Origin: an uncultured virus (IMG/VR IMGVR_UViG_3300015360_000026)
Taxonomy: Duplodnaviria > Heunggongvirae > Uroviricota > Caudoviricetes
Length of the DNA: 64,000 nt
Virus record (IMG/VR): IMGVR_UViG_3300015360_000026
Reading direction: 5' to 3' (one strand)
The notes beneath the pieces are model-generated. The model was not told the DNA's origin, made no database searches, and saw nothing but the letters and a program-made list of their open reading frames with translations. The translations under genes and the position numbers were made by a program. Below are positions 29,084 through 38,691 of the stretch, in pieces (the stretch's first letter is position 1; the number at the start of each line of letters is the position of its first letter).

Positions 29084-29120
29084 AAAAAAAAAAGGCTGTG
29101 ACCCTTGCGGGTACAGCCTT
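29084..29120 (-). terminator. Intrinsic terminator ending the head operon
   Basis: GGCTGTACCC-GCAA-GGGTCACAGCC followed by 10 T on the minus strand. Confidence 0.85.
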
Positions 29121-29194
29121 AATCTTACCGATCTCTACGAGCCCACGCATCATCGCGTGGTTTCTCGTTGAGCCACCGGGGTGGTTCGTTGTAG

Positions 29195-29560
29195 TTAGCT
29201 CGGACCTTCCTCGACCACCGAGCCGGGGTTCGCCCAGCACGGGTCGACGACGCCGAGAGCCCCGCCCGACAGCTGAAGCATCTTGATGGCCTGCGTCGCC
29301 TGGTCCTGGAAGATCGGGGCCGGGGTGTGCACGATGACCATGTCGCCACGGGAGATGGCGGACTCGAACGCCTGGATGTCACGCCGCGACGAGACGCGGT
29401 CACCACGGCGGTGGGCAATCAGGTCGATGATGTTGCCGAAGACGGTGAACTCCTCGCCAGCTTGCAGCTCCCGCCCGTGCGGGGGAAGGAAGCCGAAGAG
29501 GATGCGACCGGCGGTGTTGTTCCGCACGGTCGAGAACAGGCAGTGGGTGTCTTGAGACAC
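29195..29560 (-). CDS. Hypothetical virion protein
   Basis: 121 aa, RBS AGGAGG and GTG start. Confidence 0.65.
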   Translation of the reverse strand: MSQDTHCLFSTVRNNTAGRILFGFLPPHGRELQAGEEFTVFGNIIDLIAHRRGDRVSSRRDIQAFESAISRGDMVIVHTPAPIFQDQATQAIKMLQLSGGALGVVDPCWANPGSVVEEGPS

Positions 29561-29617
29561 GTACGGTCCTCCTATGACCTGTCCGACGCGGGAGACCCGC
29601 GACGGGGTTGTTGGTGG

Positions 29618-30049
29618 TTATCGACCCTGGGCAGCCATCGCGGCGTAGCTGTCGGCCTCGTGGGCCTTCAACGCCAGGACGCTGTCGTAGATCAGGGGGT
29701 CCTGCATGACGATCGAAGCGGCCTGCTTCATCGACATGAGTTCGTCCTGCTCGGCCGCAGCCTTGACGGAGCCGAAGCCCGCCTGGGCCAGGACCTGGTC
29801 AAGAGCCGAGTTTGCGGCGGCGAACGGGTCGTAGGCGTCTTCCGCCTGCTTCACCGCCGCCTCCTCCTCGACGAGCCGCAGCTTGCCGGCGAGGTCGAGG
29901 AGATCGGACGCCTGCTTCTGCGTCCGGGGCACGTGGCCAAGCTGGGCCAGCTTGTGGAAGAAGACCCGCTGGGCAACCCCGTCGAACACGTTCTGGTAGG
30001 CCGTCTGAGGGTCAGGAAGAGCGGCCTGCTGATTGGCGGTCCCTGCCAA
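29618..30049 (-). CDS. Hypothetical head protein with K-x-A motifs
   Basis: RBS AAGGAGG and TTG start; KLA, KQA (x3), KAA. Confidence 0.65.
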   Translation of the reverse strand: MAGTANQQAALPDPQTAYQNVFDGVAQRVFFHKLAQLGHVPRTQKQASDLLDLAGKLRLVEEEAAVKQAEDAYDPFAAANSALDQVLAQAGFGSVKAAAEQDELMSMKQAASIVMQDPLIYDSVLALKAHEADSYAAMAAQGR

Positions 30050-30070
30050 GGGACACCTCCTTGATGGTTC

Positions 30071-30086
30071 AAGAATCTGGTTTCTA
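30071..30086. promoter_or_regulatory. 16-bp quasi-palindrome, copy 4
   Basis: Reverse complement TAGAAACCAGATTCTT, just upstream of the RBS of 29618-30049. Confidence 0.5.
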
Positions 30087-30113
30087 GCCGCTCTCCGGTG
30101 AGGGCCAGTTGGG

Positions 30114-30476
30114 TCAGCCGGTGATCACCGCCGGTCCACCAGTCGTTGCCGGCAGAGCAGGGGTCGGGTTGTTCACGTTGTCGAAGACGGAGGCGACGCC
30201 GCCGTTCTTCGAGTAGTCGTTGCCCCGGTTCCAGTACGCCGGTGCGATCGGGGTCGCGTCGGTGTGGCTGAAGCCGGACTTTTGGGCCTCGTTGACGTCG
30301 GCCGCACTGTACGGGTCGTACACCGTCGTCAGCTGGTGGTTGTTGACCCCGGTGTTGGCCGGCGGGGCGGGCTTCGGCGTCTGGGTGAAGTTGTCGGGGT
30401 TGCTGCCGGTCACCGTCCCAGGGGACTGGTACGTGTCCGCACTCAGCGATCCGAACTTGTTGGCGTTGGCACTCAC
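30114..30476 (-). CDS. Hypothetical virion protein
   Basis: Start moved to GTG 30476 (RBS AAGGAGGA); T/P/N-rich. Confidence 0.6.
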   Translation of the reverse strand: MSANANKFGSLSADTYQSPGTVTGSNPDNFTQTPKPAPPANTGVNNHQLTTVYDPYSAADVNEAQKSGFSHTDATPIAPAYWNRGNDYSKNGGVASVFDNVNNPTPALPATTGGPAVITG

Positions 30477-30515
30477 GACTGTTCCTCCTTGAACAGGGGT
30501 CGGTTTGTGAAGCAA

Positions 30516-30537
30516 GGCCGGGTCCCATGACCCGGCC
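30516..30537. terminator. Stem-loop after major capsid gene
   Basis: GGCCGGGTC-CCAT-GACCCGGCC. Confidence 0.4.
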
Positions 30538-30557
30538 GACGCGACCGTCAAGGTCGA

Positions 30558-31496
30558 TTATCGGTAGTCGATTCGGGCGAGCCCGCTCGTGTGACCGATG
30601 GTGCCGCCCATCGTCTCGTACGCGAAGAACTCCAACATGTACGCCTCGCGGCGAATGTACATTGTGGTGTCCTCAAGAACGTACGACTTTCCGATGAACT
30701 TGGGATCAGCGAAGTGGTACATGGTGTTGGTGGCCACCAGACCCTTCTTGATCGTGACCAGCCACTTGCACCCCATGAACTCTTGCAGGCTCCAGCCCTG
30801 CTTCATGATGTCCTGGGCGAGGTCGCCGCCCATTTCGTTGCGGGTGAACTTCCCGACTTCCTTGATGGTGATGTTGTTCAGCAACACCATGTGGACTTCG
30901 AGGTTCGACGGCGTGTTGGGCATCACCTTCAGTGAGTCCCACAACGTGTCGCGGGTGATGCCACCGGCGATCACCTCGTACTGCACCACGCCCGAGGTCG
31001 GGACGATGAGGCCCGGTCCGACGAGGGCCGTGTTTACGGCTCGAAGGAACTTGCCGTCTTCTTCCGCCAGCATGTCCTTGATCGCGTTGTCGCTGAGGAC
31101 CTGGCGGATGTCCATGATCCACGTCCTCAATTCATCCACGTCCTTCGTGAATCGAGGGGTCGCGATCCGGTCAAACATCACGCGGTAGCGGGGACCACGG
31201 ATGTAGAGGTTCTGGGGCAACGTCGCGAACGGAATGCTGATGGCCGCAGGGCTGTCAGGTTCCTTGTCGACGATCTTCACCGGCTTGTCGGTGTCGACCT
31301 GGCGGTCGAGTTCGTCGTTGGTGATCGGGATCGGCGGCATGATCCGCCGGTAGAAGCCGTCTTCACGCATCTTCGTGCGGGTGAAGTCGTTGACGGCGTC
31401 GATCGCCTGCTTTTCGAGGACGGGGTCCCGAGAAGACAGCTTCTCGAAGATCGTCTCGTTGAGGAGTTTCGCCTCCTCCTGGGTGGACATGGCCAT
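30558..31496 (-). CDS. Major capsid protein
   Basis: 312 aa, RBS GGAGG, strong codon bias; follows protease/scaffold/decoration genes; REDGFYRRIMPP...KEPDS...EEDGKF pattern of large-phage capsid proteins. Confidence 0.7.
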   Translation of the reverse strand: MAMSTQEEAKLLNETIFEKLSSRDPVLEKQAIDAVNDFTRTKMREDGFYRRIMPPIPITNDELDRQVDTDKPVKIVDKEPDSPAAISIPFATLPQNLYIRGPRYRVMFDRIATPRFTKDVDELRTWIMDIRQVLSDNAIKDMLAEEDGKFLRAVNTALVGPGLIVPTSGVVQYEVIAGGITRDTLWDSLKVMPNTPSNLEVHMVLLNNITIKEVGKFTRNEMGGDLAQDIMKQGWSLQEFMGCKWLVTIKKGLVATNTMYHFADPKFIGKSYVLEDTTMYIRREAYMLEFFAYETMGGTIGHTSGLARIDYR

Positions 31497-31576
31497 CGAA
31501 TGAGTACCTCCGTGTAACGTCGAGCTGCTAGGGGCAGCCTTATTGGTTGAGGGTTAGAGTCCTTCCTGTCCCCGGA

Positions 31577-32119
31577 TCACGGGTTGGACGGGATGTAGAT
31601 CGGCCAGAACGCGATCGCGTCGTAGCCGTATCCGTTATCGACGACGCCGCGAGACACAATACCGCAGATGGTATCGGTCCAGACGGTGCCCACCTTCAGC
31701 TGCCCGGCGTCAATGGCCGGCGAGACCGTCGACGTCAGGTGGTCGTTCGGAGCGTACGTGCCCGCCACGAACGCGGTCGAGACGAGTTCGTACGCACCAA
31801 TCGCGACGAGGGCCATGGCCTGGCCGGTCGGATTGATGGGGATGAACACGCCCTTGGTGGTCGAGGCGTCTGCCGAGTTGTTCATGACGTCCGGGTCGTC
31901 CGACCCGTTGAACATGAACAGGGGCATCACCTTGAGGTCGCCGACGCCGAGCAGGTACTGGCCGGCGGGTGAGAGGTGAACAACAGAACCAGGGAGCACG
32001 ACGGCGTTGCCCGCGATTACGGTCGGGTCGAACGTCGTGTTGAAGTCAACGGCTGCCGGCTGCGGCCACCCCTTGAGTGCGTTGAGGGTGTACTGCGTCA
32101 TCTGCCGTGGGGCACCCAT
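31577..32119 (-). CDS. Putative head decoration/cement protein
   Basis: 180 aa directly upstream of the capsid gene; YAPNDHLT...GQL...ICGIVS. Confidence 0.5.
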   Translation of the reverse strand: MGAPRQMTQYTLNALKGWPQPAAVDFNTTFDPTVIAGNAVVLPGSVVHLSPAGQYLLGVGDLKVMPLFMFNGSDDPDVMNNSADASTTKGVFIPINPTGQAMALVAIGAYELVSTAFVAGTYAPNDHLTSTVSPAIDAGQLKVGTVWTDTICGIVSRGVVDNGYGYDAIAFWPIYIPSNP

Positions 32120-32189
32120 GTGTCAAATCCTCCGTGAAAAATCTAGTGGCCGCGAGGGCCGCTAGGTGGAAATCGTTTCCGAACACTTA

Positions 32190-32636
32190 TCAGCGGTCGG
32201 GAGACCCGAGCACGGCCAACATGGCCATATCGGACGCCTTCTTTTGGGACGTCTTGCGACCCACGAACGGGTCGTTGAGGCTGTCGTAGTCGGTCGGGAC
32301 CGAGCCGTTGAGCCCGGCCTGCTTCTCGTCCACGCCCTTGCCCAGGTCGCTGCCCTTCTTGAGCCGCTCCTTGTGCAGTTCGTCGACGGCGTTCTTGAGC
32401 AGTTGCAGGGTCTCCGCGTGGCTGCCCAGCATGGCGGCGGCTGCCGCACGCTGGTCCTCGCGGACGGCCCCTGTCTTAATCATCAGGTCGAGCACCGGAC
32501 CGGTGAGGTCCGACGCCTTCTTCTGCATCGACCGGTGAACCTCAATTTCGTCGCACGCCCGCTTCATTCCGAAGCTGCCGATTTCGACGAACTTGAGGGT
32601 ATTGTCGATGAACTGCTGCATGAGTGCAGGGTTCAT
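32190..32636 (-). CDS. Scaffold-like head protein
   Basis: 148 aa helical, RBS GGAGGAG, KKAS motifs. Confidence 0.55.
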   Translation of the reverse strand: MNPALMQQFIDNTLKFVEIGSFGMKRACDEIEVHRSMQKKASDLTGPVLDLMIKTGAVREDQRAAAAAMLGSHAETLQLLKNAVDELHKERLKKGSDLGKGVDEKQAGLNGSVPTDYDSLNDPFVGRKTSQKKASDMAMLAVLGSPDR

Positions 32637-32691
32637 TAGCGAATCTCCTCCATGAGAAAAGGCGGTAGGTTACTGTCGGTTCAAACGCGGA

Positions 32692-34173
32692 TCAACGGCC
32701 GCTGCGACGCGACCGCTGGATGACTTCGGTGATGTAGTCCTTCATGCCGTCGCGGTGGTTACCCTGCTTGGCAGCTGCCTGCTTGGGCCGGTTCCGACGG
32801 TCATGACCCATCTTCGGTTCGCCGCCGCCATCGCCCATGGCGTCGCCGCCAGGAGGTGCGTCGCCGCCCGGAGGGGGAGCACCGCCGCCCGCATCGGCAC
32901 CGCCGCCACCGCCACCGCCCTCTTGGGCCATAGCCTGTTGCAGTTCTTCCGGCGTGACGCCGAGCTGGTCGAGGAGGTCAGCCAGGTGCTGGGCCTCGTC
33001 ACCGCCGCCTCCCTCGCCACCGCCCGGAGGGGCACCGACGTCGCCGCCACCGCCGCCCGCATCGGCACCGCCGCCGAGAGCGGCCATCATGCCGCCCGCG
33101 TCGCCGCCACCGCCAGGAGGGGGAGCACCGCCACCCATGGGGTCACCGCCGGGAGCACCGCCACCACCGCCGGCCATCATGGCCGGGTCGATCGGAGGCA
33201 TCTCGCCGCCACCGCCCATCGGGTCACCTTCGGCCTGCTTCTGAGCCTGGAAGAAGTTGTCGAGGAAGTGGGCCACACGAACGGCGTCGTCGTTCGCGGT
33301 CTTGATGACGCCGGTGAGGGCCTCGTGGACCATCTGGTCGGCGGCTTGCTTGTCGAAGTTGTTGGTCGCCAAGCCGGCCAGTTCCCAGCCAGCCTGCATC
33401 TGGAGGCTGGCATCGGCGTCGCCGGCCTGCTTCCGTTGCCCGCCGCCGTTGTTGGCCGCGTGCTGGCGGGCGTCAGCCGCCGTCTTGGAATTGCCGAGTT
33501 GCTCGGACATCTGGCTGATCTGGGCACAGATCAGGTTGCCGAGGCCCTGCATGTCCGCCGCGATCTTGTGCAGCGGGGTATCTGAGGCGTACTTGTGGCC
33601 GTCGAGGGACTCGTTGTCCGTCCGGGCCGGGTGCAAGGAACCGGGGTCCTTCTTGCCTGCCTTGACACCCTTGGTCTCGATGTCGGGCGTCTGCCCGGTC
33701 GGCTGAGGGTTCAGCGGGCTATCGACGTGATCGTCGGCAGCGGAGCCGGCCGTCTGGACGGCACCCTCGGCCTTCTTGAGGCGGGCCTTCTTGTCGCGAC
33801 CCTTCTTCTCGTCCGACTCGTCGGAGTCCGACGACTCGGCCTTGAGGTCCTGCTCGACCTTCTTCATGAAGGGGTTCTCGGCCTTCTTGGAGAACTGGCC
33901 CAGGAACGCCGACGCCGTCTTGGCTTTCGCCTCGGCGGTGCTGTCGACGCTGATGGCACCCTGCTCTTCCTTGACGTCCTTTTCGTTCTCCTTGGAACGA
34001 GCACCAGTCTGTGCGACTTCGGTGCGGTCGTCGACGTTTTTGACGGGGTGCTCGGTCTCACCGCCGATGGAGCCCGCTTCGGTGTGGGCCTCCTCGGCTG
34101 ACTTGGTGTGACCGACGCGGCTGAGAAACGATTCGATGGTGGCCATCGAACTCTGTGCGGATTTGGTTGCCAT
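32692..34173 (-). CDS. Scaffold/core-like protein with Gly-Pro-rich C-terminus
   Basis: Start probably ATG 34173; about a dozen K-x-A motifs; acidic, disordered. Confidence 0.6.
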   Translation of the reverse strand: MATKSAQSSMATIESFLSRVGHTKSAEEAHTEAGSIGGETEHPVKNVDDRTEVAQTGARSKENEKDVKEEQGAISVDSTAEAKAKTASAFLGQFSKKAENPFMKKVEQDLKAESSDSDESDEKKGRDKKARLKKAEGAVQTAGSAADDHVDSPLNPQPTGQTPDIETKGVKAGKKDPGSLHPARTDNESLDGHKYASDTPLHKIAADMQGLGNLICAQISQMSEQLGNSKTAADARQHAANNGGGQRKQAGDADASLQMQAGWELAGLATNNFDKQAADQMVHEALTGVIKTANDDAVRVAHFLDNFFQAQKQAEGDPMGGGGEMPPIDPAMMAGGGGGAPGGDPMGGGAPPPGGGGDAGGMMAALGGGADAGGGGGDVGAPPGGGEGGGGDEAQHLADLLDQLGVTPEELQQAMAQEGGGGGGGADAGGGAPPPGGDAPPGGDAMGDGGGEPKMGHDRRNRPKQAAAKQGNHRDGMKDYITEVIQRSRRSGR

Positions 34174-34258
34174 AGCTGGCAGCACTCCTTTGCTTCGGTT
34201 ACCTGTGTTGGTCCGTATCGCCAGTCCCTGAGCGGACCTCAGCCACCGTTAGGAGGCG

Positions 34259-35767
34259 TCAGATCACCTGATTCTGGACGATACCCAGTCTCGCTGTCAA
34301 CATGAACTCGTCGTCGAACGCCGCGATGCGTTGCAACGCCGCGACCTTGTAAAGGGCGTACGCCCTCGCGAGTTCTTCTGCCTCGTGCTTGTCCGAGGCG
34401 GACTTCTCGCTCCAGATTCCAGTTTCTAGAACTGGCATCCGGTAGGACCGGATCGAGGCGAGCTGGCAGCGGTGGTCGACCGCCGCCTTCTCCAAGGACA
34501 GCCCGTCCCGGATTTGCAACACCCAGCGGCGAAGCTGGGCCGATGCGGTTTTGGTGGAGAGAGCAAACGGATTGTTCGTCAGCCGCCGCTCCAAGGACCC
34601 GTCAGTAATCATTCGCCCGTAAACGCCACGCAACGCCGCCGCTGCGGGGGCCACGAACTCGGCCTTCTTGGTGAGCTTCGCGAATTCGCGGAGCGGCAGG
34701 ATGACCTTCTCGACCGCGAGTGCAGCCAGGGCCTCGGCACACTTCTGCGTGCCGGGTTCGCCCAGCATCGCAGGATCGACTTTTCCTTGCAACCGGTCGT
34801 CGAAGGCGAGCTTGTAGATGTCGTGTACCTGGCGGCGGTCCATGGTCCGCTCCAAGTGGTCGAGCCCTGCGGCCAGCTTCACCTGTTGGTCAACGTCCGT
34901 GGGGTTCATCCGGGAGAAGTAGTCGTCGGCCATCATGACAGCCAGGGGAGCAGAAACGCCCAGGTCCTCGGCCACCTTGCTGCTGTACGCCCCGTAGGTG
35001 CCGTCCCAGCGATCGGACGCAGCCTTGGTGAGGTAGTCCGCCCGATTAGCGTACGCGATGCGGTCCGCCGGACGGAAGACGTTACTCATGTCGAACCACG
35101 TCGGGCGGGGGTTGTCGACGTGCAGCTGGTGGACGTCGTTGCCGACCTTCACCAGGCGGCTCAGGTTGTCCTTGCACCCGCCGGCCTTGCAGCTGGCTTC
35201 TTTGCAGTAGTCGTCGCGGGTCCTGGCCTGATTGCCGCACCACGAGCACGTGTCGTACGGGACGCGGCACGCCATCGACACGGCGATGTCCTCGCCACGT
35301 GCCAGCTTCTCCATCTCCTTGTCGGCGACCAGCCCGCCGTTGCGTTCCGCCGCCGACTTCTCCTTGTTCAGGAACGCCAGCAACTCGACGCGACGCATGG
35401 TCTCGTTGTACGCGGACTTCTTGATGATCCCGTACGACGCCTGGGGGTCCTTGTTCTTGTGGTTCCGATACCACCGGGCGAACTTCTCGAACGTGTTGTG
35501 GTACTCGCGGCAGGTGGCCTCCTTGAAGCCGTCGCCGTTGCGGTTGGGGCCGTACGCCTCAGTCGCCCCGTGGGACAAGACGTGGACAGGCTCCTCGTCC
35601 TTCGCCGCCTTGATGTTGTCGATGACATCGAGAAAGGCGTGGGACGCCCGCTTGACGAAGTCCGAGCGGTCGTTGCCGATGAGGCCACGACTGCCGATCT
35701 TAATCATGGACACGACGGGACCGTCGAAGTCCCAACCGTGCGGGCTGATAATCTTAACCATTCCCAT
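34259..35767 (-). CDS. Prohead (capsid maturation) protease
   Basis: GPNRNGDGF, YRNHKNKD, AVSMACRVPYDTCSWCGN..YC, FDMSNV..PAD (His/Ser/Asp candidates); upstream of scaffold and capsid genes. Confidence 0.65.
   Translation of the reverse strand: MGMVKIISPHGWDFDGPVVSMIKIGSRGLIGNDRSDFVKRASHAFLDVIDNIKAAKDEEPVHVLSHGATEAYGPNRNGDGFKEATCREYHNTFEKFARWYRNHKNKDPQASYGIIKKSAYNETMRRVELLAFLNKEKSAAERNGGLVADKEMEKLARGEDIAVSMACRVPYDTCSWCGNQARTRDDYCKEASCKAGGCKDNLSRLVKVGNDVHQLHVDNPRPTWFDMSNVFRPADRIAYANRADYLTKAASDRWDGTYGAYSSKVAEDLGVSAPLAVMMADDYFSRMNPTDVDQQVKLAAGLDHLERTMDRRQVHDIYKLAFDDRLQGKVDPAMLGEPGTQKCAEALAALAVEKVILPLREFAKLTKKAEFVAPAAAALRGVYGRMITDGSLERRLTNNPFALSTKTASAQLRRWVLQIRDGLSLEKAAVDHRCQLASIRSYRMPVLETGIWSEKSASDKHEAEELARAYALYKVAALQRIAAFDDEFMLTARLGIVQNQVI
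34413..34428. promoter_or_regulatory. 16-bp quasi-palindrome, copy 5 (intragenic)
   Basis: Reverse complement TAGAAACTGGAATCTG. Confidence 0.45.
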
Positions 35768-35778
35768 TGCCTGTCTCC

Positions 35779-37065
35779 TTACTTGCCGGCGGGCACGAGC
35801 GGCTTGAGACCGCCCTCGGCTCGCATCTTCTTGAACATCTCTGCCATGGTCTCGTGGCGGACCTTGTCCTCGGTGGCTCCGCGTCCGAGGTAGCCGGCGG
35901 CGTCCAGGGCCATGGGTAAGCCGTACCCGAACACCCGTGCCGGCGTCGACAGGCCCTTGTTCATCACATTCTTTTCGCGAAGAGCCCTAAACCCGATTGT
36001 GTTGACGTGCCGTACATCGGCCTTCGACATGGTTGCCGGGAGGCCCGGTGCCGACTTGGCGTGGCTCTTGATCAGAGCGTCCAGTTTTTTCAACGTGCCG
36101 GCTGACGCTGGGCCACTGGTCTGCACTTTGTCGCGGAACGCTTTCACGGCGTCTGGAACACCAGGGGTTGGCGGGGGCGTGAAGTTGTGTACGACCTTAT
36201 CACCGCTCAAACCGCCCTTGCTGAATAAGTCACGAATGCCGCCGAACCACCGCCCGCCGCCGAACAGACCCTGGTTGGTGTTCTGAAGGAGCTTAGCCCG
36301 CTCAACGGCGGCGTCTGGTCCGCCCATGAGGTTCTTGATCATCGCTTGCCGCTCAGGCGTGGCGAACATGGGATGGTCTTTACCGATCTGTTCTAGCCCG
36401 GTCATAAACATACGCGGATCGCGGCCCATACCGCGAGCGTTCTGATACATGGTCTTGATATCGTGCAGGCCCAAGAGCCCGCCACCGTACAACGAGAACG
36501 GGGCATTTTCAGCCAGCGTACTCTTGACGCCCCTGACCACGTTCAGAGCCTTTTCCGGCACCGTCGGCTTACTTGCCGCCTCGATCTTGGCGACCATGTC
36601 CGGATGATCAGCGACGTACTTCGGATCGATCGAGAACTTCTTTCCGGTCGTCAGGTCGGTGAAGACGCCAGGACCGTCGGTCGGCACCTTCGGACCGCCG
36701 CCGCCCATGCTCGGCCAGTATTTCTGAGCCGCCCCGATGCCGCCACCCAAGGCACCGCCGGCCAGGGCACCGGTCAAGGCACTGCCGAGCATGCCCTTAC
36801 GCTTGCTCTCGGGCGTGCCGTCCTGGTTGCCCATGTAGTGACTGGCCCCGCCGGCCAACGCTCCGACGCCCCCGCCGAGAAGGGCCTTGCCGACGATCGG
36901 GTCCTTGGCGACGTCCCCCACCGAGGTCATGATGTCGGACAAGCCGAGGGCCTTTTTCTCGGTCCACGTGTGGCCCTCGGTGCGTACCTTCGCCGCCCGC
37001 TCGGCGAGGTAATCGACCGCTTGCTTGAGGGTGCCGTCAACCAAGAAGTCCAGAGGGAGCGTCAT
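35779..37065 (-). CDS. Putative internal virion protein with glycine-zipper segments
   Basis: GGGVGALAGG and GALAGGALGGGIG hydrophobic helices after EKKA. Confidence 0.6.
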   Translation of the reverse strand: MTLPLDFLVDGTLKQAVDYLAERAAKVRTEGHTWTEKKALGLSDIMTSVGDVAKDPIVGKALLGGGVGALAGGASHYMGNQDGTPESKRKGMLGSALTGALAGGALGGGIGAAQKYWPSMGGGGPKVPTDGPGVFTDLTTGKKFSIDPKYVADHPDMVAKIEAASKPTVPEKALNVVRGVKSTLAENAPFSLYGGGLLGLHDIKTMYQNARGMGRDPRMFMTGLEQIGKDHPMFATPERQAMIKNLMGGPDAAVERAKLLQNTNQGLFGGGRWFGGIRDLFSKGGLSGDKVVHNFTPPPTPGVPDAVKAFRDKVQTSGPASAGTLKKLDALIKSHAKSAPGLPATMSKADVRHVNTIGFRALREKNVMNKGLSTPARVFGYGLPMALDAAGYLGRGATEDKVRHETMAEMFKKMRAEGGLKPLVPAGK

Positions 37066-38671
37066 TGAGGATGCTCGTGTTAGGCGTTGAGATCCGGGTC
37101 GCCGTGATACCCTTCTCGATGTCGGTCAGTTCCTTCGTCTCGAACGGTTCCGTGTGCCCGGCGAGACGCTTCCGCAGAAGCGGCTTTAACGCCCCGGCGT
37201 GCTCGGCGGTCCGGGGAGCCAGCTGGGCGATTTCGTTGTACGCCGACACGACCTTATCCGGGTCGTGACCCGAGATGGGGTCGTCGGGGTCGGTCAACAT
37301 CGAGTTCAGCATGGCGTGAGTCTTGATCTTCCGCAACTCGTTCTGGTGCTGCGGGTCCTCCAGGTCGAGCCACGCATCCTCGATCAGATCGTTCTTGGTC
37401 TTGGGGTACTCGCCCAGGCCGCGACTGATCATCGACCCAATGGCCGAAGTGCTAATCTGGGAGAGGGCTCGCTTCTCGGCTCCCGGTGTGACCATAGCTT
37501 TTGCGGCCTGGTCCTTGATCTCCTCGATCGCCGCCAAGCGGTCTTCGTCCTCCGGGTCCGGCTCATCGTCTTCGATCGGGCCGCGAGCGGCAGGACCGCC
37601 GTGTTCGCCCTGGCCTATGCGGTTGAGGACCACGCCACCGCCGATGTCGCCGGCAGCGATAACCCCGGCGTCGATCAGGAGGCTCATCGGGGTGTGGGCA
37701 GCTTGCTTGGTCCCGCCCAGCAGGTTCCAGCTACTTGCGGAAGTAGACTGGTTTGGGGCCGTGGCCCTGCTGGACGGTTCCGCGAAAGGGACGAGGTGTC
37801 CCGAAACCTGGTCGAAGTAATCCTGTGCCTCCTTCGCCCACACACGGGCCTGGTTCACGTCCCGAGCCGCCTTGATGGCGGCGACGACGATCGTGAACGG
37901 CTCGTGGTGCAGGTCGAACGCAACCTTCTGGACGGGCGTCTTGTCGGCACCAGGCTCCCGCAACTTGGCCCGATCGTACGCCATCTTGCACAGATCGACA
38001 GCAAGGGGACCGTAGTACGTCTTGGCGGCGTGTTCGACCTGGGCGTACGGCAGACGGTAGCACGCTGCCTGCTTGAGGTACGAGGTCAGGTCGGCCACGT
38101 GGTGACGCAGCTTGTCTTCGCAGTCGGCCGCGTGCCGGCGTGACTCATCGGCCGCGTTCTTGGCTCGCTGGAACTTGCCGTAGTCCCGCTTGAGCACCGT
38201 GGCGGCTTCCGGTTTGGGTTTGGACACCGGCAGCACCTTGCCAGCCTTGGCGTCCGCCGCCGCCTTCTCCATGAGCGGGGTGTCCCGCCGCTGGGCTGCG
38301 AGCTTCCGCTCGTCGGGCAGCCACGTCGGCGGGGCGTTGTAGTCGGCGTCGAAGGCGACCTTGTGCATGGCCTCCTTCTTCGTGTCGACCTTCTCCGGGT
38401 AGACGGAGGAGACGATCTTGGCGGGGTCGCACAGCGGGTAGCTGGCGAGCTTGTCGAGGATCGACGTGTTGGCCCGCCACTGGCCGAGCTGTCGCCCCGT
38501 GTTGTAGGCCCGGCCCAGCATGGTAATCATGCCGGGGCCGAACTGTTCGTCGCGGGCCACCTTCTCGACCGCCTGGTCGGGACTCATGTTCTTCTGGTCG
38601 ACGTAGTCCACCGCCGTCTTGATTGCACTCAAGAGGCGGCGTTCGTCGCTGCTGGCAATTTCTTGTGGCAT
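37037..38671 (-). CDS. Hypothetical virion protein (K-x-A rich)
   Basis: Start moved to ATG 38671 (RBS GGAGG). Confidence 0.65.
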   Translation of the reverse strand: MPQEIASSDERRLLSAIKTAVDYVDQKNMSPDQAVEKVARDEQFGPGMITMLGRAYNTGRQLGQWRANTSILDKLASYPLCDPAKIVSSVYPEKVDTKKEAMHKVAFDADYNAPPTWLPDERKLAAQRRDTPLMEKAAADAKAGKVLPVSKPKPEAATVLKRDYGKFQRAKNAADESRRHAADCEDKLRHHVADLTSYLKQAACYRLPYAQVEHAAKTYYGPLAVDLCKMAYDRAKLREPGADKTPVQKVAFDLHHEPFTIVVAAIKAARDVNQARVWAKEAQDYFDQVSGHLVPFAEPSSRATAPNQSTSASSWNLLGGTKQAAHTPMSLLIDAGVIAAGDIGGGVVLNRIGQGEHGGPAARGPIEDDEPDPEDEDRLAAIEEIKDQAAKAMVTPGAEKRALSQISTSAIGSMISRGLGEYPKTKNDLIEDAWLDLEDPQHQNELRKIKTHAMLNSMLTDPDDPISGHDPDKVVSAYNEIAQLAPRTAEHAGALKPLLRKRLAGHTEPFETKELTDIEKGITATRISTPNTSILNDAPSGLLG

Positions 38672-38691
38672 AGGGCGGTCCTCCATAACCG